This document shows positions 26,980-37,007 of a stretch of DNA of 64,000 nt, piece by piece. Made by a program: the position numbers and the translations under genes. Source of the stretch: a virus. Taxonomy: Duplodnaviria > Caudoviricetes. Below the pieces are notes generated by a model that saw only the letters and a list, made by a program, of their open reading frames with translations, did no database searches and was not told the DNA's origin. Location of the stretch: positions 1,391-65,390 of IMG/VR virus record IMGVR_UViG_3300031998_000076, one strand, 5' to 3'. Position 1 is the stretch's first letter; each line of letters starts with the position of its first letter.

Positions 26980-27633
26980 TTATGTAGCAACCACGGACTC
27001 GATCCACTCGATTCCGCTGATTCCTGTTCCGACATAACCATCTGCAGTTACGGACTCGCCGACAACCACAACGTCCTTGCTCACACCAACAGGGACCAGC
27101 AGAAGGCCCGACTGATTCAGGATCTCTGTTTCCCGTGTGCTGATGTCTCCATAAACCTGTACGGTGACGTGCATATTCTTTGCGTTCCCGGATGAGTCTT
27201 TGCAGTCATTGTAGACGATTGTTGCTGACTCTCCGAAAATGTCATTGTAGATCTTCCGCAACGCTCCGAGAGATCCGTCCCATGTGTTCATCGCAATGGT
27301 CAACTTTAATACCATGCGGAACTCATCGTCATCCATGATCCTGTCTCCGGTAGCAGGAACATAATTCAGCTCCCTGGATGCTCCGACAAGATTTCCAATG
27401 ATGTCCAGCTGGGCACCGGAAGCATTATCCAGATCAAAACAGGAATCGATTGTATTCAGGACTTGCTGGAGATCCATGCCAGGTTCCAGGACGGATCTTG
27501 ACAGCAACAGAAACTTTTCTCTGCCGTAATTCTTTTCAGAGATCAACTGCGCATACTCATCAGTATCTGAAATAAGAAGCTCGAGTTTCTGCTCGGGTGT
27601 CATGTCCTCAGAATAGTTTTCCTTATCGTTCAT
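26980..27633 (-). CDS. Baseplate wedge protein (DUF2612-like)
   Basis: FDLDNASGAQLDIIGNLVGASR, DDEFRMVLKLTIAMNTWDGS. Confidence 0.8.
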   Translation of the reverse strand: MNDKENYSEDMTPEQKLELLISDTDEYAQLISEKNYGREKFLLLSRSVLEPGMDLQQVLNTIDSCFDLDNASGAQLDIIGNLVGASRELNYVPATGDRIMDDDEFRMVLKLTIAMNTWDGSLGALRKIYNDIFGESATIVYNDCKDSSGNAKNMHVTVQVYGDISTRETEILNQSGLLLVPVGVSKDVVVVGESVTADGYVGTGISGIEWIESVVAT

Positions 27634-27645
27634 TCGACCACCACC

Positions 27646-28815
27646 TTACGTTGTTATCGTGATGTCAGAGGCCGAAAGATGCAGCACATGATCAAACGCG
27701 CAGGAAATAACGCCACTCGACGCCTGGGAACTTGCGATGCTCGTAATCGCGAACGGCATATCTTTGGAATCGAACTGAGCATAAATGTCTTTATAGCCCA
27801 TCGTCAGCATCCAGGGCTTTCCGATGCCCAGACTGTTCACATCCTCCATCAGCGCATTTTTGATAATCTCATTGATACGATCCACTTCACCGGAACTATA
27901 CCCTCCGAGATCCGTAAGCGTAATCGTCAGGACAACATCGGTCTGAGTTGGCCTGGAGAACTTGATTGTGTTGTTGTTCCCATAAGAGTCCACAACAGTT
28001 TTTGTCGTAGATCCATGCGTTGCAACACCAGGAGCCTTGAGATCAAAGATCTTTTCCGCAATCTCATCCGCATCCCCTCCATCCACCACAACACAGAAGG
28101 AATGAGCCGGAAGGCCGTTGGCATCCGTGCTGTCCGTGTCATTCTGCACCACATCCACAAACTTTACTCCGGTAAGATTCATCAGGCCTGTGGCAATGGA
28201 ATAGAATGTTCCATTCGCTTCAAGGACATGAGCGGCATCGAACCTTGCCCGGAGCTGGGCATCTGTCTCCATGTTGGTTCCGACTTCCGCATCCGCTGCA
28301 TTCGTTACTCCCATCCACCCAGGAATAGGAGTGTAAATCCCGGCAATGGTTCCTGCTTCAGCCTCAATTGCTCCGGCCGTTTCACAGGTTGCTCCGACTG
28401 TTCCGCTTCCACCGACAGGGATTGTAAACGCCTCATCCAGCGCCCACAAGTTCCCCTGAGAGTCAATTGCCTCTCCTGCGTCGATCACGGTCCCGGCATC
28501 CCCTGTAATCGTCAGGACAGTCTTGGAAGGAGTTGCCTCTTTTCGGATCATGCCGGACAACTGGACAAGTGTGTCCAAGGCATCCCCGACAGCAAACTGG
28601 GGATTCCTGTCATTGTACGCCTGGACAGCCAGCGCGTAGGAATCATCAACACACGTCGCAAAAATCGACAGCATTTGATAATCCGGCGTTTCTTCTCCGA
28701 GATAAACATCATTGCCGAAGATTGCTTTGTACTGGTTTTCCAGATATTCCATGATATCGGAATAAGTCGGCACATGGACTCCATCCGCATCGATATAGGG
28801 TTCAAAGTATCCCAT
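27646..28815 (-). CDS. Baseplate J-like protein
   Basis: ATCETAGAIEA.AGTI..I.TPIPGW.GVTN, GTNMETDAQLRAR, NDT...DANGLPAHS. Confidence 0.88.
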   Translation of the reverse strand: MGYFEPYIDADGVHVPTYSDIMEYLENQYKAIFGNDVYLGEETPDYQMLSIFATCVDDSYALAVQAYNDRNPQFAVGDALDTLVQLSGMIRKEATPSKTVLTITGDAGTVIDAGEAIDSQGNLWALDEAFTIPVGGSGTVGATCETAGAIEAEAGTIAGIYTPIPGWMGVTNAADAEVGTNMETDAQLRARFDAAHVLEANGTFYSIATGLMNLTGVKFVDVVQNDTDSTDANGLPAHSFCVVVDGGDADEIAEKIFDLKAPGVATHGSTTKTVVDSYGNNNTIKFSRPTQTDVVLTITLTDLGGYSSGEVDRINEIIKNALMEDVNSLGIGKPWMLTMGYKDIYAQFDSKDMPFAITSIASSQASSGVISCAFDHVLHLSASDITITT

Positions 28816-29170
28816 CGACATCCACCTCCACAACCGAGGATTCACCTTCGTCTGTTACCGCAAGGCAATAAAAGACGATTCTGTGACTTGAGTAAACGGC
28901 ACTTACATTCTCCACTCCCATGACATTCTGAGTATCAGAAACATAGGAGGCAATGTATTTCGCAAGCAGATCCACATCTCCGCTTCTCGCATTTCCGGCC
29001 AGGAACTCAGGAACTCTGAACCCAAGCTCAGGATCTTCCCACCATTCTCCATAAAGCAACTGCATCCTCATGGTGATCACCTGCGAGACTGCCGGAGCAC
29101 CTTCTATGAGATCTTCCAGCTTCGTAACCGGCATAATGTCCCCATTCCCATCAAGAGGTCTTATTTTCAT
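28802..29170 (-). CDS. Baseplate wedge (gp25/GPW-like) protein
   Basis: MKIRPLDGNGD...GEWWED...G; upstream of baseplate J. Confidence 0.7.
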   Translation of the reverse strand: MKIRPLDGNGDIMPVTKLEDLIEGAPAVSQVITMRMQLLYGEWWEDPELGFRVPEFLAGNARSGDVDLLAKYIASYVSDTQNVMGVENVSAVYSSHRIVFYCLAVTDEGESSVVEVDVDGIL

Positions 29171-29403
29171 TCAGATCCCTCCAGCGGCTCAGGATTCGTG
29201 CGGTCATAGATCTCTCTCTTAAATACCCTCAGATCATCCCGGATCAATATCGCGCCATGCTTCTCAATCTGACTCACCGCAGCGGCAGAAAGAATCAAGT
29301 GATACTTCTGCTCCGCCTCCCCTTCGGAGGAATGAGTTGTCAGAATGCCGGACGCGGTTTCTCCGTTCGCCTGTGTTTCGATAACAAAATATGCCATTGC
29401 CAT
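29167..29403 (-). CDS. Hypothetical protein
   Basis: AGGAGG RBS; coupled to the next gene. Confidence 0.65.
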   Translation of the reverse strand: MAMAYFVIETQANGETASGILTTHSSEGEAEQKYHLILSAAAVSQIEKHGAILIRDDLRVFKREIYDRTNPEPLEGSE

Positions 29404-29409
29404 TCCTCC

Positions 29410-30762
29410 TTAAGATATTCTTATATACCGAATTGTTACCTGGGCAGTTCCACTTGATATTTCAGAACTTGATACGCTTCTCAAACGGAGCATATTTGTT
29501 GCTCCTGTGGCACCCGCGTTAAACCCACACACCGCAAGTCCAGAAGCCCCACTCCATACCTGAACAATGCCAACAACCGAATACCCGGCTGGAGTTGATG
29601 CCCCAAAGTCCGTTGCAGTTATATTTAATGAGGACCCAGAGCCTATCTTGGCATACGAATATTCATACTGAACATCCTGCATATATGGCCTTGTGTCCAC
29701 ATATGCCTGTCTTGTCGTTTCATCAAACACAACCGGACTTTTCGTTCCGCTTTGCGTATATCCTATTTTCAGAAGCCCATAATCATTGGCAGTAGCCTCA
29801 GAATAAGTCGTATCTGTCCAGGGGACGTTAACGAACATTTTCCCGCTGCTAAGCTGCACCGGATAATCTTTATTCGCCTGGGCAAACCCGATCTTTACCA
29901 ACCCATAATCCGAGGAACTTGCTTCAGAATATGTGGTGTTTTTGGAAGTATAGGTTTTATTCGATATCCCTGTGATTCTTCCATACTGATCAACCGTGAC
30001 GTAAGGAACTGAAATTGTCTGTCCTTCATTGCCTGTCACATCTGCAGAAGGCCCATAAGACCCAGCAGAAGCTCCGCTTATTGCCAATGAAAAAACCCCG
30101 TTATTCAGATCCAGACCAGTACCGGCAGAATATGATGTCCCGGCAGGAACGGCCCATGTTCCGTCTTGCCTCAGGAATTTTGTGACAGTTTCCTCATTCG
30201 GCAGGGCAGGGCACAACCCGGAATATCCCTTTGCAACAGCCCTTACGGACTTCTTTGTGGCGCTCAAAACACCCTGTTTGTCCTGGGTGATGGACGCAAG
30301 GAAATCGATCGCATCACCCGATGAAACAGGATCTGTGACGGGAGTTTGCTTATCCTTTTTGTTGTTCAGGATTGAAGGAAGATCTGATCCTCCGGTCTGC
30401 CGAAATCCGACAAAAGCAAACCCGTCTGACAAACTGTGAACCCTGGCGGCGAGAGGAGTGCTTATGCCTCCGTTCTGCACCCATGAATCTATACATGAGT
30501 CAGCACATACCACCAGGCATCCGGTTCCCTTTTCAGGAGTAAACGTAAAATTCCCCCAGAAGAACACCGGAACATCCGTCAGAATGGGAGGATCATCTTT
30601 TTCATTCCAGCCGCGGATCACCGGCTGGATTGTTGCTGTCCTTGTTGCATGGTCATAAGTCAGAACCTCACCAGGAACAGCAACATGGAGGCTTTTCATG
30701 ATATCGGCTTTCAGCATCCTTTCCTTCATTCCAGGTTGCTGGATCACCTCGTCAATCCGCAT
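29410..30762 (-). CDS. Gp138-like baseplate spike with fibre-type extension
   Basis: LHVAVPGEV..YD..T.TATIQP, LTDVPVFF, GCLVVCADSCIDSW, RVHSLSDGFAF; then one 67-aa fibre repeat, two ~42-aa repeats and a terminal domain. Confidence 0.75.
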   Translation of the reverse strand: MRIDEVIQQPGMKERMLKADIMKSLHVAVPGEVLTYDHATRTATIQPVIRGWNEKDDPPILTDVPVFFWGNFTFTPEKGTGCLVVCADSCIDSWVQNGGISTPLAARVHSLSDGFAFVGFRQTGGSDLPSILNNKKDKQTPVTDPVSSGDAIDFLASITQDKQGVLSATKKSVRAVAKGYSGLCPALPNEETVTKFLRQDGTWAVPAGTSYSAGTGLDLNNGVFSLAISGASAGSYGPSADVTGNEGQTISVPYVTVDQYGRITGISNKTYTSKNTTYSEASSSDYGLVKIGFAQANKDYPVQLSSGKMFVNVPWTDTTYSEATANDYGLLKIGYTQSGTKSPVVFDETTRQAYVDTRPYMQDVQYEYSYAKIGSGSSLNITATDFGASTPAGYSVVGIVQVWSGASGLAVCGFNAGATGATNMLRLRSVSSSEISSGTAQVTIRYIRIS

Positions 30763-31562
30763 TAACCCCCCTCCATTCCTCCATCCGACAATTCTTTCTC
30801 ATCTGCGAGTATCAGGTAACTGTCCCAGTTACCATCATAATTGTCGGCATCGAATTTCTGCGAAACCAATCGATATTGATTCCCGGACACCTCACACAAC
30901 GCACCAGCAGGATATCCCTTCACATCCGTCTTGACGATCCTGATCCCTGTGGCAAAATCCTGTGCCTCAATGATGTCATCTTCATTCACAGTTGCCACTT
31001 CAGAGGTTTTCCCCTTTGCCGTGATGAAAACTGTGTTGTTTGTTATGAACCCCCTCGCATGAACACTCCTGGCAAGCATGGATACGCATTCCGCCAGCCT
31101 GCCATCGTAGGTCTGTCCTCTGATCAGTCTGACGTCATCTGCCGTAAAAAGGCCCCTGGAAGCGTTCTGAACGATACTCTCATAAATAGTCTTTACACTC
31201 GACCCTCCACCAAAGGATTTACTGATCCATGTGTTCCAGAAACTCTTTCCGTCTACAATCGACAAAGTTGTGATTGTGTTGGAATCAACTTCCCTGGTGT
31301 ACGTGTCATCGATCTCCCCACAGCACAAAAGTCCGTCATCACGCCCATAAACATAGATCATTTCATTATCGTTCAGGACCGCCCTGTCTTCATCTGACAT
31401 ATTGTAGATTTCGACAATGAAGAAGTCCGGGAGAAGGGTCATGTTTTTTGATCCTTGAACCCGGACTCTCATTCCTTCGGCAATTTGCTCATTTCCGGCT
31501 TTTACGGTTATCGGGCGAAATTCATCATCCAAGATCATCACCCCAAACAATCGCAAACTCAC
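30762..31562 (-). CDS. Baseplate hub protein
   Basis: FIVEIYNMSDED, TTLSIVDG pattern; position between plug and spike. Confidence 0.7.
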   Translation of the reverse strand: MSLRLFGVMILDDEFRPITVKAGNEQIAEGMRVRVQGSKNMTLLPDFFIVEIYNMSDEDRAVLNDNEMIYVYGRDDGLLCCGEIDDTYTREVDSNTITTLSIVDGKSFWNTWISKSFGGGSSVKTIYESIVQNASRGLFTADDVRLIRGQTYDGRLAECVSMLARSVHARGFITNNTVFITAKGKTSEVATVNEDDIIEAQDFATGIRIVKTDVKGYPAGALCEVSGNQYRLVSQKFDADNYDGNWDSYLILADEKELSDGGMEGG

Positions 31563-31869
31563 TCAGATTGTCTTTGGAAGGGTTTTCCGTTGACGGATTG
31601 TCAGAAAGAGGAACACACACAAGGTCCCCAATGCGTTTGTGCGAGAAAGGCAACCACAGGTTGTTAAGTTTCCCATTGTAAGAGGCGATCAACGGAACAT
31701 ATCTGAGATAGGATTCTTTTGTCTGAAGATCTGTTACCGTCATATACCATAAATCGGTTTTTTCCATATACCGGAGTTCAAAATCTACCCTTACACCTTC
31801 ATCTCCGATAGGAAGAGTAACTATGATAGATTGATACAAGCTGTCTTCAATAGGCTCAATCTGAATCAT
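31525..31869 (-). CDS. Baseplate plug-like protein
   Basis: FELRYMEKTDLWYMTV...LRYVPL pattern. Confidence 0.65.
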   Translation of the reverse strand: MIQIEPIEDSLYQSIIVTLPIGDEGVRVDFELRYMEKTDLWYMTVTDLQTKESYLRYVPLIASYNGKLNNLWLPFSHKRIGDLVCVPLSDNPSTENPSKDNLSEFAIVWGDDLG

Positions 31870-31873
31870 TCAA

Positions 31874-32920
31874 TCACCCTCCAATTACTTGTTGTGTAAT
31901 GCTCGGAGTTCTCGTTCCATCGCCCGTCTTGGTCTTTTTCTTCTTTTTTTTCTTTTTCGGCTTGTATGCGTGCTGGAAATCGATTTTTCCTTCCCATCCA
32001 TAAGGAGAAGCATCATCCTGATTGACGGAGACAGAAGCAATCAGCATATCAACATGGACATACTGAGGAGTAATTACTGTGAGCTTTCTCCTTTGTTCCT
32101 TCAACCAATGAATGGTTCTGAATGCCGTTGAGGATCTTGTCCACGCATTCTTGACTTCCCCCTGGATAAGAGATCCAACAGAGGCATTAAGGCCTTTCTT
32201 CTGCACAGAGGATAAGGATTCTGATTTGCTAATAATCGCTCCCCCTCCTGTGTATACATCTGACATAACTATCTCAATCGACAATTTGTCTGGCTCATTC
32301 TTTGCCCCATTCACATATTTGGTTTTCTCATTCCCCTTCGGATCTTTCTGAATATCTGTTGTAAGTGTGTGCTGGATCTTTGTTACTCCGTCGAACATAT
32401 AAATGGATTTATCTGTCTGATCATATATGCACACACTCTGAGGAGGGACCTTGAATCCCTGTTCTTCTTCTTGCTTTGGAGTTTCTTTTGATCCGTTTGT
32501 CCCTTCGTACTGGATCAGCAGATAAACATTGCTCAAGGTCAATGTGCTGTACTGCGTACCGGACTTTTCATTCGCCTTCCCGTTTGATTTGAACTTGAAT
32601 ACTGCTTTCAATGTGCCGGAGTTGGAAGGCAATGAAACCTTGGCGCCTTTTTTTGACCCGTTTTTCTGGTCAAACTTTTTCCCATTCACTGTAAGAACAG
32701 AGATCCCGCCATTCGGACTGTTGAGACTTGCCCATATAACAGCAGATTTGATGACACAACCGGAAGAAAGAGAATACTTAAAATTCACAGTATTCGAGCC
32801 CGTATATGGTCCTTTGACGATGGAATAAGGATTCTTTGACCCGCTATGAGTGTTTCTTGCGCATTGCCAGGAACTCACCAGTTTAATGGCATTCTTATGA
32901 GTCACTTTGAGCGTATTCAT
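31874..32920 (-). CDS. Distal tail/baseplate (Dit-like) protein with N-terminal extra domain
   Basis: C-terminal NGAKNEPDKLSIEI, LTVITPQYVHVDMLIASVSV; follows the tape measure gene. Confidence 0.65.
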   Translation of the reverse strand: MNTLKVTHKNAIKLVSSWQCARNTHSGSKNPYSIVKGPYTGSNTVNFKYSLSSGCVIKSAVIWASLNSPNGGISVLTVNGKKFDQKNGSKKGAKVSLPSNSGTLKAVFKFKSNGKANEKSGTQYSTLTLSNVYLLIQYEGTNGSKETPKQEEEQGFKVPPQSVCIYDQTDKSIYMFDGVTKIQHTLTTDIQKDPKGNEKTKYVNGAKNEPDKLSIEIVMSDVYTGGGAIISKSESLSSVQKKGLNASVGSLIQGEVKNAWTRSSTAFRTIHWLKEQRRKLTVITPQYVHVDMLIASVSVNQDDASPYGWEGKIDFQHAYKPKKKKKKKKTKTGDGTRTPSITQQVIGG

Positions 32921-35823
32921 TGGCCATACACCCCCATGACATTTTTAATAAGATGCCTCTCAGCAAGATCATATACAGTTGATCCGATTTCTTTTGCATC
33001 TGCGCTGGAAGAATTGACATTGATGCTTACAGGGGCATTGATGTTGTAAGTGTTTGCCATGGTCATGCCATTTACAGCACCTTCGAGGTCAGAGAGAGAA
33101 GCACCATTTGTTCCTGTTTCTCCAAGCCCCATACCGCTGATGATTCTGCTCACGGCAGCAGATCCCATTTCATTGAACATCTGCTGGATCAACGCAGCAG
33201 CCCTTGCAGGTTTCGTTATTGGAATAATGTACTCTGTTCCGTCTTCACCGACAGTATAAGTACCTTCAGTCCCGATTCTTCCACCCATTGCTTTGCCGCC
33301 TCCGCCTCCAAGCCCATTTAATGCGTTTTTAAGGCTGGTAGCGGCAGTTGAAGCACCATTAAGTGAACCAACAAATTCCTCTGTGGATTGTTTTATGTTT
33401 GCTCCAAGGCCCTCTGTGGCCTCACTTGCTTCTTTTGCGGCTTTCGCTCTGGCCTCTTCAACATCGATGCCTTTTCCGAACTCGGACATAAATTCATTTA
33501 TGGCATTGAATGCAGATTCAAAACTTTCGATATTTTCAGCAGATCTGAGATTCGCAATGAGATCCCTGAGCACCGAACTCTGGTTCCCGTCCATGGTCCC
33601 TCTTCCGTTTTCACCGATGCCATAGAACTGATAATCGCCATTCAATTTAAGCCCAAATAACCTGGCAATTGCTCCCTCATATCCAAACTCCGTGTCTGTT
33701 TCATTGACAACACCAAGCCCTCTGCTAAGATCTCCTTGACCAAGACTGTCATAAAAGGATCTAAGATACGCCTCATATCCGCTTGCGTTTCTCATTCCAA
33801 ATTCAACCTGGGCAGCCCTCGGATTTGTTACCGCGAACTCCTGCGCAGCATCTTGAGTATATTCCTGTTTGCTTGCGCCTGTTATCGTTTCTTTTACCTC
33901 TCCGGTTTCGTCTGTAAAAAGACCTTCAACTGCATCAACCGTTTCGCGTCTTTCTCCAATACCAACATGATCCTCACCAAAGAGTTTTTTCATAATCGCG
34001 TCCCAAATATTCGTAAGGCCAGAAAGAATTGCCTGGAGAATTTTTCTGCCAATAGAAACAAGTTTTGCCCAGTTGCCGGGATCTGTAATCCACTTAATTG
34101 CATTATCGATAAATGTGTCAAGAAACTGCACTCCGATTGTAATAAGATCACCAATAGTTTCTCCGATCTTTGTTCCGAGGTCAGAGAATATGCCAACAAG
34201 ATCAAGATGATCAGGATCTTCTATATCACTTGTCAACCTTCTGTAAAGATCGTCAATGGTATTGGAAAGGAAGTCGAATATGCCATTAACAAATCCTTCT
34301 ATTCCACTTTCTCCGGAAGGAGGATTCAAAAGACTTTCTAACCCTCCAAGAATAACATCAAGTATCCCACTCGCAATAGAAGAAGCGGCCTTAAAAATAC
34401 TGGACGTTGCATCTCCGAGAGACTTGACAGTTTCCGGCGCGGAAAGGAAATCTCCGATCTTCTTAAGTAATCCGTTCGCAAATTCCGCTATACCACTTCC
34501 GATTCCCTTCCAATCGGTTGTCATGGCAATCTGTCCCATTGCATTTGCAATGTCTGTAATTATGGCAGTAACCCAACCAATCAGCCCGTCCCTATATTCT
34601 CCTGTCTCTTCATTTCTTTCTCCAAGAATAATGGCGAGTCCGCCACTAACTCCCTTTGAAATAAGGCCAAAGATCCCGCTGACAACTCCCTGGACAGCTG
34701 TTACAACCTTTGTAAAATCAATGGTTTTGATTGTCGTGGCAACAAACGTCATGAACCCATTGATCAGCGCCTCGACAACATCAACAGAAGTTGCGAAGAT
34801 GTTCACAGCGCCTTCCTGATTGTCATCAAACGCTTTCCCAAGTTGCTCAAAAAGAGAAGTTATAAATTCTCCAAATGTTTTGCCAAGTTCCTCTGCCGGC
34901 ACGTTCTCAATCTGCTCTTTAAGAGAATTAAGTATGGTCTCTCCAAGTCCTACAAATCCATCCTTGGAAAAAGAATCCCAAATACCAAACTTGTCATTGA
35001 GATTCTCCACATATCCCTTATCACCTTTTTGCAGACCGTTTTCCTTGTTCCACTGATAGTTCTCATAATCATGGATCAAGTCACCGATGAGCGCAATTGC
35101 CGCCAGTATCTGCCCAAGAGGCCCAGATTTTATCAGGGCGATAACGACTCCAATCGCAGCACCTACAGCTTTTACACCAGCAGGCAGTTTCCCAACTATC
35201 TTGAATATATTCCCGATTGCTTCCCCTATTCCGATAACACCTTTGGAAAAAGCGGTAATGGCCGAAGCAAACTTCACCATAATGCTGTTAAAATTCTTTT
35301 TTACCCAATCGGAAATAGATCCGAGATACCCTGTAATCCTTTTTATAGGATCTTCGAGATTGATGAGCACCTGTCTTCCTATTGCCTGGATCGCATAGTT
35401 GACCCCAGATTTCAGTTTCCAGAAAGCTCCCTGGAGTTCTCTTATTTTTTTCAGCGCACCATTGACATTCGGAAGCTCAAGTTCTTTATTGAACGCAAGA
35501 ATGTCCCTATATATTTCTTTGAGTTGCGCGTCCTTGTTGATCTCCTTGATTGTCATGCCCATTGCATTCAGGGCCTTGTTCTGAGCATTTATTGCCTCAA
35601 CACTCTTTTTCTGAGTCTGCGTCAATTTTCTGAGCTCAAATTCTTCTTTTGTGACAGACTCGATGAACTTATAGATCGCTGTTGTAACAGCTCCGAGGGC
35701 GGCAGTAACACCAAGCGCCTTCATTTTTGATGTGTCAAGCAAATTAAATAATTGCTGCACACCGGAATTGTCCATCTCCGCACCCAAACGGATTACATAT
35801 TCGGAGATCACGTTTTTGCCCAT
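32917..35823 (-). CDS. Tape measure protein
   Basis: 968 aa, helical Ala/Gly/Ile-rich repeats, GGRI.....VGEDGTEYIIP motif; follows the tail chaperones. Confidence 0.85.
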   Translation of the reverse strand: MGKNVISEYVIRLGAEMDNSGVQQLFNLLDTSKMKALGVTAALGAVTTAIYKFIESVTKEEFELRKLTQTQKKSVEAINAQNKALNAMGMTIKEINKDAQLKEIYRDILAFNKELELPNVNGALKKIRELQGAFWKLKSGVNYAIQAIGRQVLINLEDPIKRITGYLGSISDWVKKNFNSIMVKFASAITAFSKGVIGIGEAIGNIFKIVGKLPAGVKAVGAAIGVVIALIKSGPLGQILAAIALIGDLIHDYENYQWNKENGLQKGDKGYVENLNDKFGIWDSFSKDGFVGLGETILNSLKEQIENVPAEELGKTFGEFITSLFEQLGKAFDDNQEGAVNIFATSVDVVEALINGFMTFVATTIKTIDFTKVVTAVQGVVSGIFGLISKGVSGGLAIILGERNEETGEYRDGLIGWVTAIITDIANAMGQIAMTTDWKGIGSGIAEFANGLLKKIGDFLSAPETVKSLGDATSSIFKAASSIASGILDVILGGLESLLNPPSGESGIEGFVNGIFDFLSNTIDDLYRRLTSDIEDPDHLDLVGIFSDLGTKIGETIGDLITIGVQFLDTFIDNAIKWITDPGNWAKLVSIGRKILQAILSGLTNIWDAIMKKLFGEDHVGIGERRETVDAVEGLFTDETGEVKETITGASKQEYTQDAAQEFAVTNPRAAQVEFGMRNASGYEAYLRSFYDSLGQGDLSRGLGVVNETDTEFGYEGAIARLFGLKLNGDYQFYGIGENGRGTMDGNQSSVLRDLIANLRSAENIESFESAFNAINEFMSEFGKGIDVEEARAKAAKEASEATEGLGANIKQSTEEFVGSLNGASTAATSLKNALNGLGGGGGKAMGGRIGTEGTYTVGEDGTEYIIPITKPARAAALIQQMFNEMGSAAVSRIISGMGLGETGTNGASLSDLEGAVNGMTMANTYNINAPVSINVNSSSADAKEIGSTVYDLAERHLIKNVMGVYGQ

Positions 35824-35839
35824 TTTTTCACCACCCTCG

Positions 35840-36058
35840 TCACTGTTCTATTGCTCTTCGTTCATTTTCTGATTTGACGAGCATCAACTCATTTATATCG
35901 AGAAGATCATCAAAAGTATATGTGCCATCCCACAACTCATGCTGTTTCCACATTCCTGCAGCAACAGGCGCATAAGTCCAATCATCTATATTTACGCATT
36001 GCGCTGGAAGGAATTTTGTAGCTTGAGGACTGAACTCAAGCCTTTTCCTCCGAAAAAA
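35840..36058 (-). CDS. Frameshift extension of the tail assembly chaperone (GT-like; not in the ORF track)
   Basis: -1 frame is open from the slippery T TTT TTC (36052-36058) to TGA at 35840: ...IDDWTYAPVAAGMWKQHELWDGTYTFDDLLDINELM. Confidence 0.75.
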   Translation of the reverse strand, partial: FFRRKRLEFSPQATKFLPAQCVNIDDWTYAPVAAGMWKQHELWDGTYTFDDLLDINELMLVKSENERRAIEQ

Positions 36059-36483
36059 CTTGCAAAATTAAAGCTCACCACATCATAACAGAGTAAAAGT
36101 GCCAGGAGAGGATCATATTCGACAACTTCTGTCCCAAAATCATCCCCGGACATTACCTTCTGATAACCAGCTTCGAGCAAAATATCAACATTGTTGAGGC
36201 ACTGCTTCTGAAAATCATACAGTTCCTCTTTGGAAATTGAGGCAAGCGCTTTCGGAATAACATTAAGAACCGCATCAGTCCTTTTCTCTGCAACGGCCTC
36301 AACATTTTTCTCATCGTCATCATGATCGACAAATATGGACTGGAAACTGTCAATCAGCGGGATAAGTTTTTCTGCTACAAACTTCAGCATGAAACTCCCA
36401 TCAAGCGCATTGAGCTTGCGAACACGGAATGTATATTCTTTTTCTTCTATCATATGAGTGACTTTTTTTGTGGTTTCCCTCAT
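35992..36483 (-). CDS. Tail assembly chaperone (G-like)
   Basis: Between tube and tape measure; ends VSFNFASFF at the slippery site. Confidence 0.8.
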   Translation of the reverse strand: MRETTKKVTHMIEEKEYTFRVRKLNALDGSFMLKFVAEKLIPLIDSFQSIFVDHDDDEKNVEAVAEKRTDAVLNVIPKALASISKEELYDFQKQCLNNVDILLEAGYQKVMSGDDFGTEVVEYDPLLALLLCYDVVSFNFASFFGGKGLSSVLKLQNSFQRNA

Positions 36484-36545
36484 CTGTTTTCCCTCCTTAA
36501 AAGAAACCATCCTCCCGCCTCGGTGACGGGAGGATGTGGTGATTA

Positions 36546-36989
36546 TTACGATTCGGTCATTCCCGCAAAGAGCAGATTATACTGCCGGTTTCCAGCGGTC
36601 TGATCATAACCCTCGTCAGGCTTCTTCTGCGGGACAACACCCGTGAAGTTGAGTATGCGCTTCGCAGCCGGATCATTGAGGCTCATGGTGGACAGGGCAA
36701 AAACACCCGTCTTGCTCTTTTCCAGGTAAGAAACCCATTTCCTCATGAAAATATCTGCCTCAGAGTTATTCGGGATCTCAAGCGAAATGCTGCCATTCTT
36801 GGCAACCAGCTTGTTGATCACAACATAACCCGTGGCCGTGTTCGTCACAGAGGCCATGTCTCCAGCATAGGCAACCGTAATCCGGCCGCCTCCGGCATTG
36901 GAAAGAACACACTTGCCGACATTCGGATGATTGATGACCGTTACAACATCAGGAAGGGAATAGACGGAAAATTTCTGATTATTCGCCAT
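36546..36989 (-). CDS. Tail tube protein (DUF3277-like)
   Basis: YSLPDVVTVI, GSISLEIPNNSEA; follows the sheath gene. Confidence 0.75.
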   Translation of the reverse strand: MANNQKFSVYSLPDVVTVINHPNVGKCVLSNAGGGRITVAYAGDMASVTNTATGYVVINKLVAKNGSISLEIPNNSEADIFMRKWVSYLEKSKTGVFALSTMSLNDPAAKRILNFTGVVPQKKPDEGYDQTAGNRQYNLLFAGMTES

Positions 36990-37007
36990 ACTTTCTCACT
37001 CCTTTCC

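Noticed and set aside
25657-30132. Fibre/spike repeats as a diversity-generating retroelement TR/VR pair
   Set aside because: There is no reverse transcriptase in the window, and differences between copies are not adenine-specific.
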